In this document: piece by piece, positions 16,702 to 23,360 of the stretch
Position numbering within the stretch: the stretch's first letter is position 1
How the letters are laid out: each line of letters starts with the position of its first letter
Origin: Tistlia sp.
GTDB taxonomy: Bacteria; Pseudomonadota; Alphaproteobacteria; Kiloniellales; DSM-21159
Reading direction: 5' to 3'
NCBI RefSeq assembly: GCF_040905785.1
Contig: NZ_JBBDQW010000038.1
Coordinates: forward strand, 46,210-70,209
DNA length: 24,000 bases
Translations under genes and position numbers: made by a program
Notes under the pieces: generated by a model
The model's input: only the letters and a program-made list of their open reading frames with translations
Told to the model about the DNA's origin: nothing
Database searches by the model: none

Positions 16702-16904
16702 TCGCTCCTGGTGGGTTCGATCCGCCAGGAGAAGCCCGAAGAGCGTAGCCGAAGCTACGCTCGAGGACTTCGACGCCGCGGGCGAGCCCGCCAGGAGCGA
16801 CCCGAAGGGCGTAGGTTATCGCCGCACAGGCCGCGTCGAAGCGCTTGCCCGATGCGCCGCATCGCGCTGCGCGCTTCTCCTTGCCTGTCCAACGATAACC
16901 CACG

Positions 16905-16939
16905 TGACGACCCCTTCCAGTATGAGAAATCCAGGCTAG
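16905..16939. repeat. Right terminal inverted repeat of the 273-bp element (contains the dapA stop codon)
   Basis: tgacgaccccttccagtatgagaaatccaggctag. Its terminal CTAG (16936-16939) supplies the last base of the dapA Asn codon and the TAG stop (16938-16936 on the minus strand). Confidence 0.95.
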
Positions 16940-17823
16940 TTGACCAAGCCGGCATGGACCATGGCGTCGCGAACCAGGGCTTCGGTCCGCGGCGCCACCG
17001 GGATCAGCGGCAGGCGCAGCTCGTTGGCGCAGCGGCCGAGCTGCGAGAGGGCGTACTTGGTGGCCTGGGGGCTCGGCTCGGCGAAGAGGGCGAGATGCAG
17101 CGGCATCAGCCGGTCGTTGATCCGGTGCACCGTGTCGAGGTCGCCTGCGCGCCAAGCGTCGTGCAGGTCGCCGCACAGCTTGGGGGCGACGTTGGCGGTC
17201 ACCGAGATACAGCCATGGCCGCCCTGGGCGAGGTAGGGCACCACGGTGGCATCCTCCCCCGAAAGCTGACAGAAGTCGGCGCCGCAGGCGGCGCGGGTAC
17301 GATAGGGCCGCACCAGGTCGACCGTCGCGTCCTTGACCCCGACGATGCGCGGCAGCTCGGCAAGCCGCGCCATCGTCTCGACCGACATGTCGACGATCGA
17401 GCGGCCGGGAATGTTGTAGATCAGGATCGGCAACTCGCTGGCGTCGTGGATCGCCTTGAAGTGCTGGTAGAGCCCCTCCTGGTTCGGCTTGTTGTAGTAG
17501 GGGCAGACGGACAGGGCGGCGTCGGCGCCGGCCTGCTCGGCGTGGCGCGTGAAGTCGATGGCTTCGGCGGTCGAGTTCGAGCCGGTGCCGGCGATCACCG
17601 GGACCCGTCCTTCCGCCGCCTCGACGCACAGCTCGACGACCCGCTTGTGTTCCGCATGGCTCAGGGTCGGCGACTCGCCGGTGGTGCCGACCGGGACCAG
17701 GCCGTCCGTGCCTTCCTCGATCTGCCACTTGACGAAGTCCTGGAAGGCCTTCTCGTCGACGGCGCCGTCGCGGAACGGGGTGATCAGGGCGGTAATCGAT
17801 CCGGTGAACAGGGGGCCGGCCAT
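16936..17823 (-). CDS. dapA: 4-hydroxy-tetrahydrodipicolinate synthase
   Basis: 295 aa with DapA blocks: [18 protein letters not shown]...[26 protein letters not shown]...[13 protein letters not shown]...[16 protein letters not shown]...[15 protein letters not shown] at 17823, with GGAGAG 4 nt upstream. Confidence 0.94.
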   Translation of the reverse strand: MAGPLFTGSITALITPFRDGAVDEKAFQDFVKWQIEEGTDGLVPVGTTGESPTLSHAEHKRVVELCVEAAEGRVPVIAGTGSNSTAEAIDFTRHAEQAGADAALSVCPYYNKPNQEGLYQHFKAIHDASELPILIYNIPGRSIVDMSVETMARLAELPRIVGVKDATVDLVRPYRTRAACGADFCQLSGEDATVVPYLAQGGHGCISVTANVAPKLCGDLHDAWRAGDLDTVHRINDRLMPLHLALFAEPSPQATKYALSQLGRCANELRLPLIPVAPRTEALVRDAMVHAGLVN

Positions 17824-17920
17824 GGTTCTCTCCGGGCCGCCCCGCGGCGGGCGGCCGACTTCGTGAAGGAATTCGCAGAAGGATTTCCCGCGGGGGCCGG
17901 ACCATAGCGCCGGCCGGGGC

Positions 17921-17944
17921 CGGCGGGCAAGCGCTTGCCCGCCG
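17921..17944. repeat. 24-bp perfect palindrome in the dapA / transglycosylase divergent intergenic region
   Basis: cggcgggcaagc|gcttgcccgccg is identical to its own reverse complement. The flanking bases (17920, 17945) do not extend it. It lies about 100 nt upstream of the dapA ATG and about 170 nt upstream of the transglycosylase start. Confidence 0.9.
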
Positions 17945-18111
17945 CGGTTCCCGAGGTGCGGTCCGCCACGCGGCAGGACGCTGGAGACTTTTCGGAAAGC
18001 GCCATGGAATCACATTCGACGCCACACGTTAACTGGGGTGTAAGGAAGCCCGATGCTACACTCGCGCCGGGGGGCTTCTCTCGACTGTCGGCGCGCGGAC
18101 AGGAGGCCTGA

Positions 18112-20118
18112 TTGCGACCATTGTTCCGTATCCTGATGCTGCTTTGCCTGCTGGCCCCGGCCGGCCTGGCGATGGCGTCGTCCGATGCCCGCTCGGCCTC
18201 GCTCTCGGACCGCGACCGCCAACTCTACCGGGAGGCCTTCCGGAAGGCCGAGCGCGGCGAGTGGGGCGCCGCGCTGGCGCTCTCCGCCCAGGCCAGCGAT
18301 GCGCTGCCGGCCAAAGTCCTGCGCTGGGACTGGCTGCGCAGCGACGGGCGTGCCGACTTTGCCGCCATCGCCGCCTTCCTCGACAGGAACCCCGACTGGC
18401 CGGGCCGCGACCACCTGCAGCGCCAAGCCGAGCGCGCCCTGCCGGCGGACCTGCCCGACGTCGCCGTCGTCGCCTGGTTCGCCGGCCTGGAGCCGCTCAC
18501 CGGCGAGGGCGGTCTGCGCTACGCCGAGGCCCTGGCCCGCCAGGGCCTGGCGGTCCAGGCGGTCGAGGTCGCCCGGCGGATCTGGCGCGAACAGACCCTG
18601 GCGAGCCACCTGGAGAGCCGGCTGCTGCAGCGATTCGCCAGTGCCCTGAGCGCGGAGGATCATCAGGCCCGCCTGACCGCCATGCTGCTGAAGCGCGCCG
18701 ACGATCCGGCCCGGCGCGCCGGCGCCCTGCTCGGCGCCGGCCACCACGCGCTCGCCGAGGCGACGGTCAAGCTGTACCGGCAGGACGCGGGCGTCGATCC
18801 GGCGATCCAGCGCGTCCCGGCCGAGCTGCGCGACCATCCGAGGCTGGTCTACGAGCGGGCACGCTGGCGCCTGCGCAAGGGCCTGCTGGAAGGTGCCGCG
18901 GAGCTGCTCGACCGGCCCGTCCCGCCCGACGCAGAGGCGGAGAACTGGTGGGCGCTGCGCCGCTGGGCGGCGCGCGACGCCCTCTCCGCCGGCATGATCA
19001 GCACGGCCTACCGGATCGCCGCCCACCACGGCACCAGCGACGGCCTGCCCTTCGCAGAGGGCGAGTTCCTCGCCGGCTGGATCGCGCTGCGCTTCCTGAA
19101 GGAGGACCGCACCGCCCTGGAGCACTTCGAGCGGCTCCACAAGGGCGTGGGCGCGCCGATCAGCCTGGCCAGAGGCGCCTACTGGGCCGGCGAGGCCGAG
19201 CGCGCCGGCGGCAAGGAGGCGCAGGCCCGCTCCTGGTTCCGTCTCGCCGCGATCCACGACACGACCTTCTACGGCCAGCTTGCCGCCCATCGCCTGGGCA
19301 GCGCGCCCAGCCTCGCCGGAGCACCGAGCCAGGAGCCGACCGCGGCGCAGCGTGCGGCCTTCGGGGAGCGCGAGCTGACGCGCGCCGTGCGCCTTCTGAC
19401 GGAGATCGGCGCCGAGGGTCCCCTGCCCTGGATGTTCGCGGGCCTGCGCGCCAACGCCGTCAGCGAGGCCGACTGGCGCCTGGTCGCCGAGCTGGCCCGC
19501 TCGACCGGCCACAGCGAGCAGGTCGTGCGCACCGCGAAGCTGGCGCTGCGCGACGGCATCGAGCTGCCCGACCTGCTCTACCCGCCGCCGCCTCGCGACC
19601 TCGGGGCCGACCTGGAGGGGGCCCTGCTGGCCGGCCTGATGCGCCAGGAGAGCGAGTTCAACACCCGGGCGGTCAGCCCGGCGGGCGCCCGCGGATTGAT
19701 GCAGCTGATGCCCGGCACCGCGCGCGAGGTCGCCGGCAAGCTCGGTCTGGGCTACAGCCTCGATCTCCTGACCGCCGATCCCGACTACAACATCCGGCTC
19801 GGGCGTTCCTACATGTCGCGCATGCTGTCGCGCAGCGGCGGCTACGTTCCGATGGCCGTGGCCAGCTACAACGCCGGCCCCGGCAACGTCGACAAGTGGC
19901 TGCGCCTCAACGGCGACCCGCGCGACGGCTCGATCGACCCGATCGACTGGATCGAATCGATTCCCTTCAGCGAGACCCGCAACTACGTCCAGCGGGTCAT
20001 TGAGGGTGCCGTCGTCTATGCCCGGCGCATGGGCCTTGGCGGCGATCCCATCGCCTACTACCTCAACCGCGCCCAGACCGGGATGCTCGAGGGCGCCGAG
20101 GCGGACACGACCTATTGA
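18112..20118 (+). CDS. Soluble lytic murein transglycosylase (Slt70-like, family 1 LT)
   Basis: 668 aa. The TTG at 18112 lies 5 nt after a perfect AGGAGG (18101-18106). The signal peptide is MRPLFRILMLLCLLAPAGLAMA. A long helical-repeat N-terminal region is followed by the SLT catalytic domain: LLAGLMRQESEFNTRAVSPAGARGLMQLMPGTA...ASYNAGPGNV. Confidence 0.9.
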   Translation: MRPLFRILMLLCLLAPAGLAMASSDARSASLSDRDRQLYREAFRKAERGEWGAALALSAQASDALPAKVLRWDWLRSDGRADFAAIAAFLDRNPDWPGRDHLQRQAERALPADLPDVAVVAWFAGLEPLTGEGGLRYAEALARQGLAVQAVEVARRIWREQTLASHLESRLLQRFASALSAEDHQARLTAMLLKRADDPARRAGALLGAGHHALAEATVKLYRQDAGVDPAIQRVPAELRDHPRLVYERARWRLRKGLLEGAAELLDRPVPPDAEAENWWALRRWAARDALSAGMISTAYRIAAHHGTSDGLPFAEGEFLAGWIALRFLKEDRTALEHFERLHKGVGAPISLARGAYWAGEAERAGGKEAQARSWFRLAAIHDTTFYGQLAAHRLGSAPSLAGAPSQEPTAAQRAAFGERELTRAVRLLTEIGAEGPLPWMFAGLRANAVSEADWRLVAELARSTGHSEQVVRTAKLALRDGIELPDLLYPPPPRDLGADLEGALLAGLMRQESEFNTRAVSPAGARGLMQLMPGTAREVAGKLGLGYSLDLLTADPDYNIRLGRSYMSRMLSRSGGYVPMAVASYNAGPGNVDKWLRLNGDPRDGSIDPIDWIESIPFSETRNYVQRVIEGAVVYARRMGLGGDPIAYYLNRAQTGMLEGAEADTTY

Positions 20119-20176
20119 AGGTCGTCCTCGCGGCGCGGCTTGCCCGCCCCACGGCGCAGGCGGTAGCCTCGCGGCC

Positions 20177-20863
20177 ATGACCGACCCGGCCTTCAGCGAC
20201 ATCGGCGCTTGCGTCTGCGACGCCTATGGCACGCTCTTCGACGTCCATTCGGCCGCGGGCCGCGAAGCCGCGGCGCTCGGCGACAAGGCCAAGGCGCTGT
20301 CGGCGAGCTGGCGCCAGAAGCAGCTCGAGTACACTTGGCTGCGCAGCCTGATGGGCCGCCACGCCGACTTCTGGCAGGTCACCGGCGAGGCGCTCGACTA
20401 CGCGATGGCGCTGCACGGCATCGCCGATCCCGCGCTGCGCGAGCGCCTGCTGCAGCTCTACCGCTCGCTCGAGGCCTATCCCGACGTGCGCCCGGCCCTG
20501 GAGCGGCTGCGCGCCGGCGGAATCCGGACGGCCATCCTGTCGAACGGCGAGCCCTCGATGCTGAGCGACGCCGTCGCGCACGCCGGCATCGCCGACCTGC
20601 TCGACGACGTCCAGTCGGTCGAATCGGTCGGCATCTTCAAGCCCGACCCGCGGGTCTACCGGCTGTCGGTCGAGCGGCTCGGCGTCCCGGCCGCACGCAT
20701 CGCCTTCGTCTCGACCAACGCCTGGGACGCCGCGGGCGCCGGCTACTTCGGCTTCCGCGTCGCCTGGATGAACCGCTTCGGCCTGCCCGACGAGCGGCTC
20801 GGCAACAGCCCGGACGCGGTCATCGAGGGACTGGACGCGCTGCCGGCCCTGCTCGGCCTCTGA
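20177..20863 (+). CDS. Haloacid dehalogenase type II (L-2-haloacid dehalogenase family, HAD superfamily)
   Basis: Track ORF 20000..20863 is trimmed to the ATG at 20177 (MTDPAFSDIGACVCDAYGTLFDVHS...). It has the HAD motif I with nucleophile Asp (DAYGTLFD). WRQKQLEYTWLRSLMG is characteristic of type II dehalogenases. ILSNG and FVSTNAWDAAGA are also present. The upstream 59 codons overlap the transglycosylase gene in another frame. Confidence 0.8.
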   Translation: MTDPAFSDIGACVCDAYGTLFDVHSAAGREAAALGDKAKALSASWRQKQLEYTWLRSLMGRHADFWQVTGEALDYAMALHGIADPALRERLLQLYRSLEAYPDVRPALERLRAGGIRTAILSNGEPSMLSDAVAHAGIADLLDDVQSVESVGIFKPDPRVYRLSVERLGVPAARIAFVSTNAWDAAGAGYFGFRVAWMNRFGLPDERLGNSPDAVIEGLDALPALLGL

Positions 20864-20891
20864 GACGAAGGCCGGGACGGGGACGGGGGCG

Positions 20892-21779
20892 ATGGCCGGA
20901 GAGATCGAGCGACGCGTCTCGGCGCAGGACGGCCTGTCGCTGTTCTACCGGGACTGGCCCGGCCCGAACGACGGCCGCGGCCGGCTGCCCCTGCTCTGCC
21001 TGTCGGGCCTGTCGCGCAACTCGCGCGACTACCTGCAGCTCGGCGAGCGCGAAGGCCGGCGGCGCCGGGTCGTCGCCCTCGACTACCGCGGCCGCGGTCG
21101 CTCCGAGCGGCCGGCCGACTGGCGCAGCTACGACCCCCTGGTCTACCTGCGCGACCTGGGCCACCTGCTGGCTGCCGCCGGCCTCGAGCGCTTCTGCGTC
21201 GTCGGCACCTCGCTCGGCGGCTTCCTGGCCATGGGCCTGGCCGTCGCCCACCCGATGTCGCTGGCCGGCGCGGTGCTCAACGACGCCGGGCCCGGCGTCT
21301 CGACCGGCTCGCTCGGCCGTCTGGTCGAGCACCTCGGCGAGGATCGTCCAAAGGCCGACCTCGATACGGCGACAGCCTACCTCCAGGCGCTGTTCGGCGA
21401 GACCATCGGCTTTCGCGAGCAGGCAACCTGGCGGCGCTTCGCCGAGGCCAGCTACCGGCTCGGCGACGACGGCCTGCTGCACGTCGACTGGGACCCTCGG
21501 ATCGTCGAGCCGCTGAAGCGCGGGCGCCCCCTGCCCGATCTCTGGACGCTGTGGCGCGGCCTTGCGCGCGTGCCGACCCTGGCGCTGCGCGGCGCGCGCT
21601 CGCCGCTCTTGAGCGCGGAGGCCTTTCGGGCTATGGGCGAGGGGCACACTTGCCTGACCCGGCTCGAGGTCGCCGGGCTCGGCCATGCGCCGAGCCTGGA
21701 GGAGCCGGAAGTCCTTGACGCACTGGAGGTCTTCCTTGCCGAGCTCGATCGCCGCGAAGGGTTCGCCCCGCCCGCCTGA
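20892..21779 (+). CDS. Alpha/beta-fold hydrolase (serine hydrolase, substrate unknown)
   Basis: 295 aa. Features are LLCLSGLSRNSRDY (an HG-like oxyanion region), the nucleophile elbow VVGTSLGGFLA (GxSxG), and a C-terminal GLGHAPSLEEPE (catalytic His region). The ATG at 20892 follows the G-rich run GGGACGGGGGCG. Confidence 0.8.
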   Translation: MAGEIERRVSAQDGLSLFYRDWPGPNDGRGRLPLLCLSGLSRNSRDYLQLGEREGRRRRVVALDYRGRGRSERPADWRSYDPLVYLRDLGHLLAAAGLERFCVVGTSLGGFLAMGLAVAHPMSLAGAVLNDAGPGVSTGSLGRLVEHLGEDRPKADLDTATAYLQALFGETIGFREQATWRRFAEASYRLGDDGLLHVDWDPRIVEPLKRGRPLPDLWTLWRGLARVPTLALRGARSPLLSAEAFRAMGEGHTCLTRLEVAGLGHAPSLEEPEVLDALEVFLAELDRREGFAPPA

Positions 21780-22770
21780 AGGCATTTCCGACGAGCTGCC
21801 CGGCTTCGCCGACGTCGAGGCCGCTGCCGCCCGCCTCGCGGGCAAGGCGATCGTCACGCCGCTGCTGGAGCATCCCGAGCTCAACGAGCGCCTCGGCGGC
21901 CGCCTGCTGATCAAGCCCGAGACGCTGCAGCGCACCGGCTCCTTCAAGTTCCGCGGCGCCTACAACCGCATCGCCTCGATCCCCGGCGAGCAGCGCGGCC
22001 GCGGCGTCCTGGCCTATTCCTCGGGCAACCACGCCCAGGGCGTGGCGGCGGCGGCGCTGCTGCTCGGCCTGCCGGCGACCATCGTGATGCCGGCCGACGC
22101 CCCGGCCGTCAAGGTCGCCAACACCCGGGCCTACGGCGCCACCGTCGTTTTCTACGACCGCTACGGCGACGACCGCGAGGCGATCGCCGCCGAGCTGTTG
22201 GAGAAGACCGGCGCGACCCTGGTCCGGCCCTACGACGACCCGCTGATCGTCGCAGGCCAGGGCACCTGCGGCCTGGAGCTGGTGCGCCAGGCGCGCGGAC
22301 TGGAGGCGACGCTCGACGCCGTCCTGGTCTGCTGCGGCGGCGGTGGCCTGACCGCCGGTACCGCCCTCTCGGTCAAGGCGCTGTCGCCAGAGACCGAGGT
22401 CTACTCGGTCGAGCCCGAAAGCTTCGACGACACCGCCCGCTCGCTGGCCGGCGGGGCGCGGGTCGGCAACCGGCCCGAGGCGCGCTCGATCTGCGACGCC
22501 CTGCTGTCGCCGACGCCGGGCGTGCTGACCTTCGCGCTGAACCGGCGCCTGGTGTCCGGCGGCCTCAGCGTCAGCGACGCCGAGGTCGAGCGGGCCATGG
22601 CCTTCGCCTTCAATCGTCTGAAGCTGGTGGTCGAGCCGGGCGGCGCCGTCGCCCTCGCCGCCGTCCTGAGCGGCAAGATCGCGACCGCGGGGCGGACCAC
22701 GGCGATCGTGCTGTCAGGCGGCAATGTCGACCCGGCGACCCTGCAGGGAGCGCTCGACCGCAATCCCTGA
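21736..22770 (+). CDS. PLP-dependent serine/threonine dehydratase family protein (short form, no ACT regulatory domain)
   Basis: PLP-Lys motif TGSFKFRGAYNRI, plus AYSSGNHAQGVA and the glycine loop CCGGGGLTAG. At about 320-345 aa it is the threonine ammonia-lyase / serine-racemase-like short form. The start is uncertain. The TTG at 21736 lies 6 nt after GGAGG (21725-21729) but is 44 nt inside the upstream gene. The ATG at 21685 (track start) has no Shine-Dalgarno. No ATG, GTG or TTG exists between 21739 and the conserved core. Confidence 0.8.
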   Translation: MPSSIAAKGSPRPPEGISDELPGFADVEAAAARLAGKAIVTPLLEHPELNERLGGRLLIKPETLQRTGSFKFRGAYNRIASIPGEQRGRGVLAYSSGNHAQGVAAAALLLGLPATIVMPADAPAVKVANTRAYGATVVFYDRYGDDREAIAAELLEKTGATLVRPYDDPLIVAGQGTCGLELVRQARGLEATLDAVLVCCGGGGLTAGTALSVKALSPETEVYSVEPESFDDTARSLAGGARVGNRPEARSICDALLSPTPGVLTFALNRRLVSGGLSVSDAEVERAMAFAFNRLKLVVEPGGAVALAAVLSGKIATAGRTTAIVLSGGNVDPATLQGALDRNP

Positions 22771-22799
22771 GCCTGCCGGTCTTCGCGTCGGTGCGGTCG

Positions 22800-23360
22800 C
22801 TAGTGTGCCGCCGGAGAGGGCGAGGGTGCCGTCAGCGGGTCGTCGGCCTCGGGAGCCGGCTCCACGCCTGCCCCGGGTTCGACGATGCCGTGGCTGATCG
22901 CCGGCGACGGCAGGCTGCGCTTCTGCGGCGCCTCGAGGCGCTTGCAGAAGCCGTGGATCAGGGCGCCGGCCTCGACCGAGAGGCTCTCGTGCAGGACGTC
23001 GCCGTAGACCCGGGCGGTCTTCGTCAGGATCACGGTCTGCGCCGTCACCTCGCCCTCGACCGTGCCGCAGATCCTCAGCGATTCCGCCTCGATCGCGCCG
23101 TGGACCTCGGCGCCCTCGCCGACGGTCAGGGTCTTGCTCGAGATGTCTCCGTTGACCACGCCGTCGATCTGCACGTCGCCGATCGAGTGCAGGTTGCCCT
23201 CGATGCGCAAGTCGGCGCTGACGATTGAGGGCACACCTGACGGCTGCCGCTTGGCCGGAGCCGAGCTCGCCGAACCGGGAGCCGGGGCCGATCCCGACGA
23301 AGATTCGGAGCGGCTGTTCCTCACGCCCTGCGCACCCTGCTTCTTACCCTTTAAGAACAT
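22800..23360 (-). CDS. Bactofilin (DUF583 polymer-forming cytoskeletal protein)
   Basis: 186 aa. The beta-helical bactofilin core is SIVSADLRIEGNLHSIGDVQIDGVVNGDI.SKTLTVGEGAEVHGAIEAESLRICGTVEGEVTAQTVILTKTARVYGDVLHESLSVEAGALIHG. It is flanked by a Ser/Ala/Pro-rich N-terminal linker and a Pro-rich C-terminal tail. The N-terminus MFLKGKKQG resembles the short bactofilin membrane-targeting peptide (MFSK..K type). Confidence 0.88.
   Translation of the reverse strand: MFLKGKKQGAQGVRNSRSESSSGSAPAPGSASSAPAKRQPSGVPSIVSADLRIEGNLHSIGDVQIDGVVNGDISSKTLTVGEGAEVHGAIEAESLRICGTVEGEVTAQTVILTKTARVYGDVLHESLSVEAGALIHGFCKRLEAPQKRSLPSPAISHGIVEPGAGVEPAPEADDPLTAPSPSPAAH

Larger units (their letters stand above)
16667..16939. 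mobile_element. 273-bp non-coding element with 35-bp perfect terminal inverted repeats (MITE-like; alternatively a structured RNA)
   Basis: - 16667-16701 (ctagcctggatttctcatactggaaggggtcgtca) is the exact reverse complement of 16905-16939.
- Both ends are CTAG.
- The interior has no credible ORF.
- Interior stems: ctcctggtgg-gttcgat-ccgccaggag (16705-16731, 10 bp including one G-T); gagcgtagc-cgaa-gctacgctc (16741-16762, 9 bp); gcggg-cgag-cccgc (16778-16791).
- Nested stems ggttatcg/cgataacc (16814-21 / 16893-900), acaggc/gcctgt (16826-31 / 16883-88) and gaagcgc/gcgcttc (16838-44 / 16871-77).
- The terminal arms are visibly less GC-rich than the surroundings. Confidence 0.55.

Noticed and set aside
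16705-16731. GGTTCGATCC string suggesting a tRNA T-arm or tRNA-derived element
   Set aside because: The hairpin is a continuous 10-bp stem with a GTTCGAT loop. Forcing the canonical 5-bp T-stem with a TTCGAnn loop gives G-G and T-C mismatches. No D-arm, anticodon arm or acceptor stem can be built around it.
16640-16935. Possibility that the smpB-adjacent intergenic element is the two-piece alphaproteobacterial tmRNA gene (ssrA)
   Set aside because: - There is no acceptor-stem/CCA arrangement.
- No tag reading frame ends in the usual Ala-rich ...AA stop. The AAC GAT AAC (N-D-N) string at 16891-16899 runs on without a stop into dapA.
- A 35-bp perfect terminal duplex is not a tmRNA feature.
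- A covariance-model scan (ARAGORN or Rfam alpha_tmRNA) would settle the question.
16838-17938. Shared 12-mer aagcgcttgccc between the interior of the 273-bp element (16839-16850) and the 24-bp palindrome (17929-17940)
   Set aside because: A single 12-nt match between two sites in 24 kb of GC-biased sequence, counting both strands, is within chance expectation. Flanking bases do not extend the match.
16667-18025. 452-aa minus-strand ORF running from the dapA upstream region, through dapA in another frame, into the inverted-repeat element. Also the plus-strand ORF 16385..16939, which ends with the same peptide [10 protein letters not shown].
   Set aside because: The shared C-terminal peptide is simply the two 35-bp inverted repeats translated outward to the TAG inside each terminal CTAG. 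The remainder is R/P/G-rich shadow sequence overlapping dapA and smpB.
18010-20202. 730-aa minus-strand ORF and 619-aa plus-strand alternative-frame ORF (18144..20003) over the transglycosylase gene
   Set aside because: The 18112..20118 frame has a Shine-Dalgarno, a signal peptide and the SLT catalytic motif. The competing frames are Arg/Pro/Gly/Ala-rich low-complexity translations, typical of stop-codon-poor GC-rich DNA.
20874-20889. G-run GGGACGGGGACGGGGG upstream of the alpha/beta hydrolase gene as a possible G-quadruplex
   Set aside because: There are only three runs of three or more G, so a fourth would have to be a GG. The tract is adequately explained as the purine-rich ribosome-binding region of the ATG at 20892.
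20209-21947. 435-aa plus-strand ORF (20209..21516) and 375-aa minus-strand ORF (20820..21947) across the dehalogenase and hydrolase genes
   Set aside because: Extremely Arg/Pro/Ala-rich translations that overlap two genes with clear HAD and alpha/beta-hydrolase motifs. These are GC-driven open frames.
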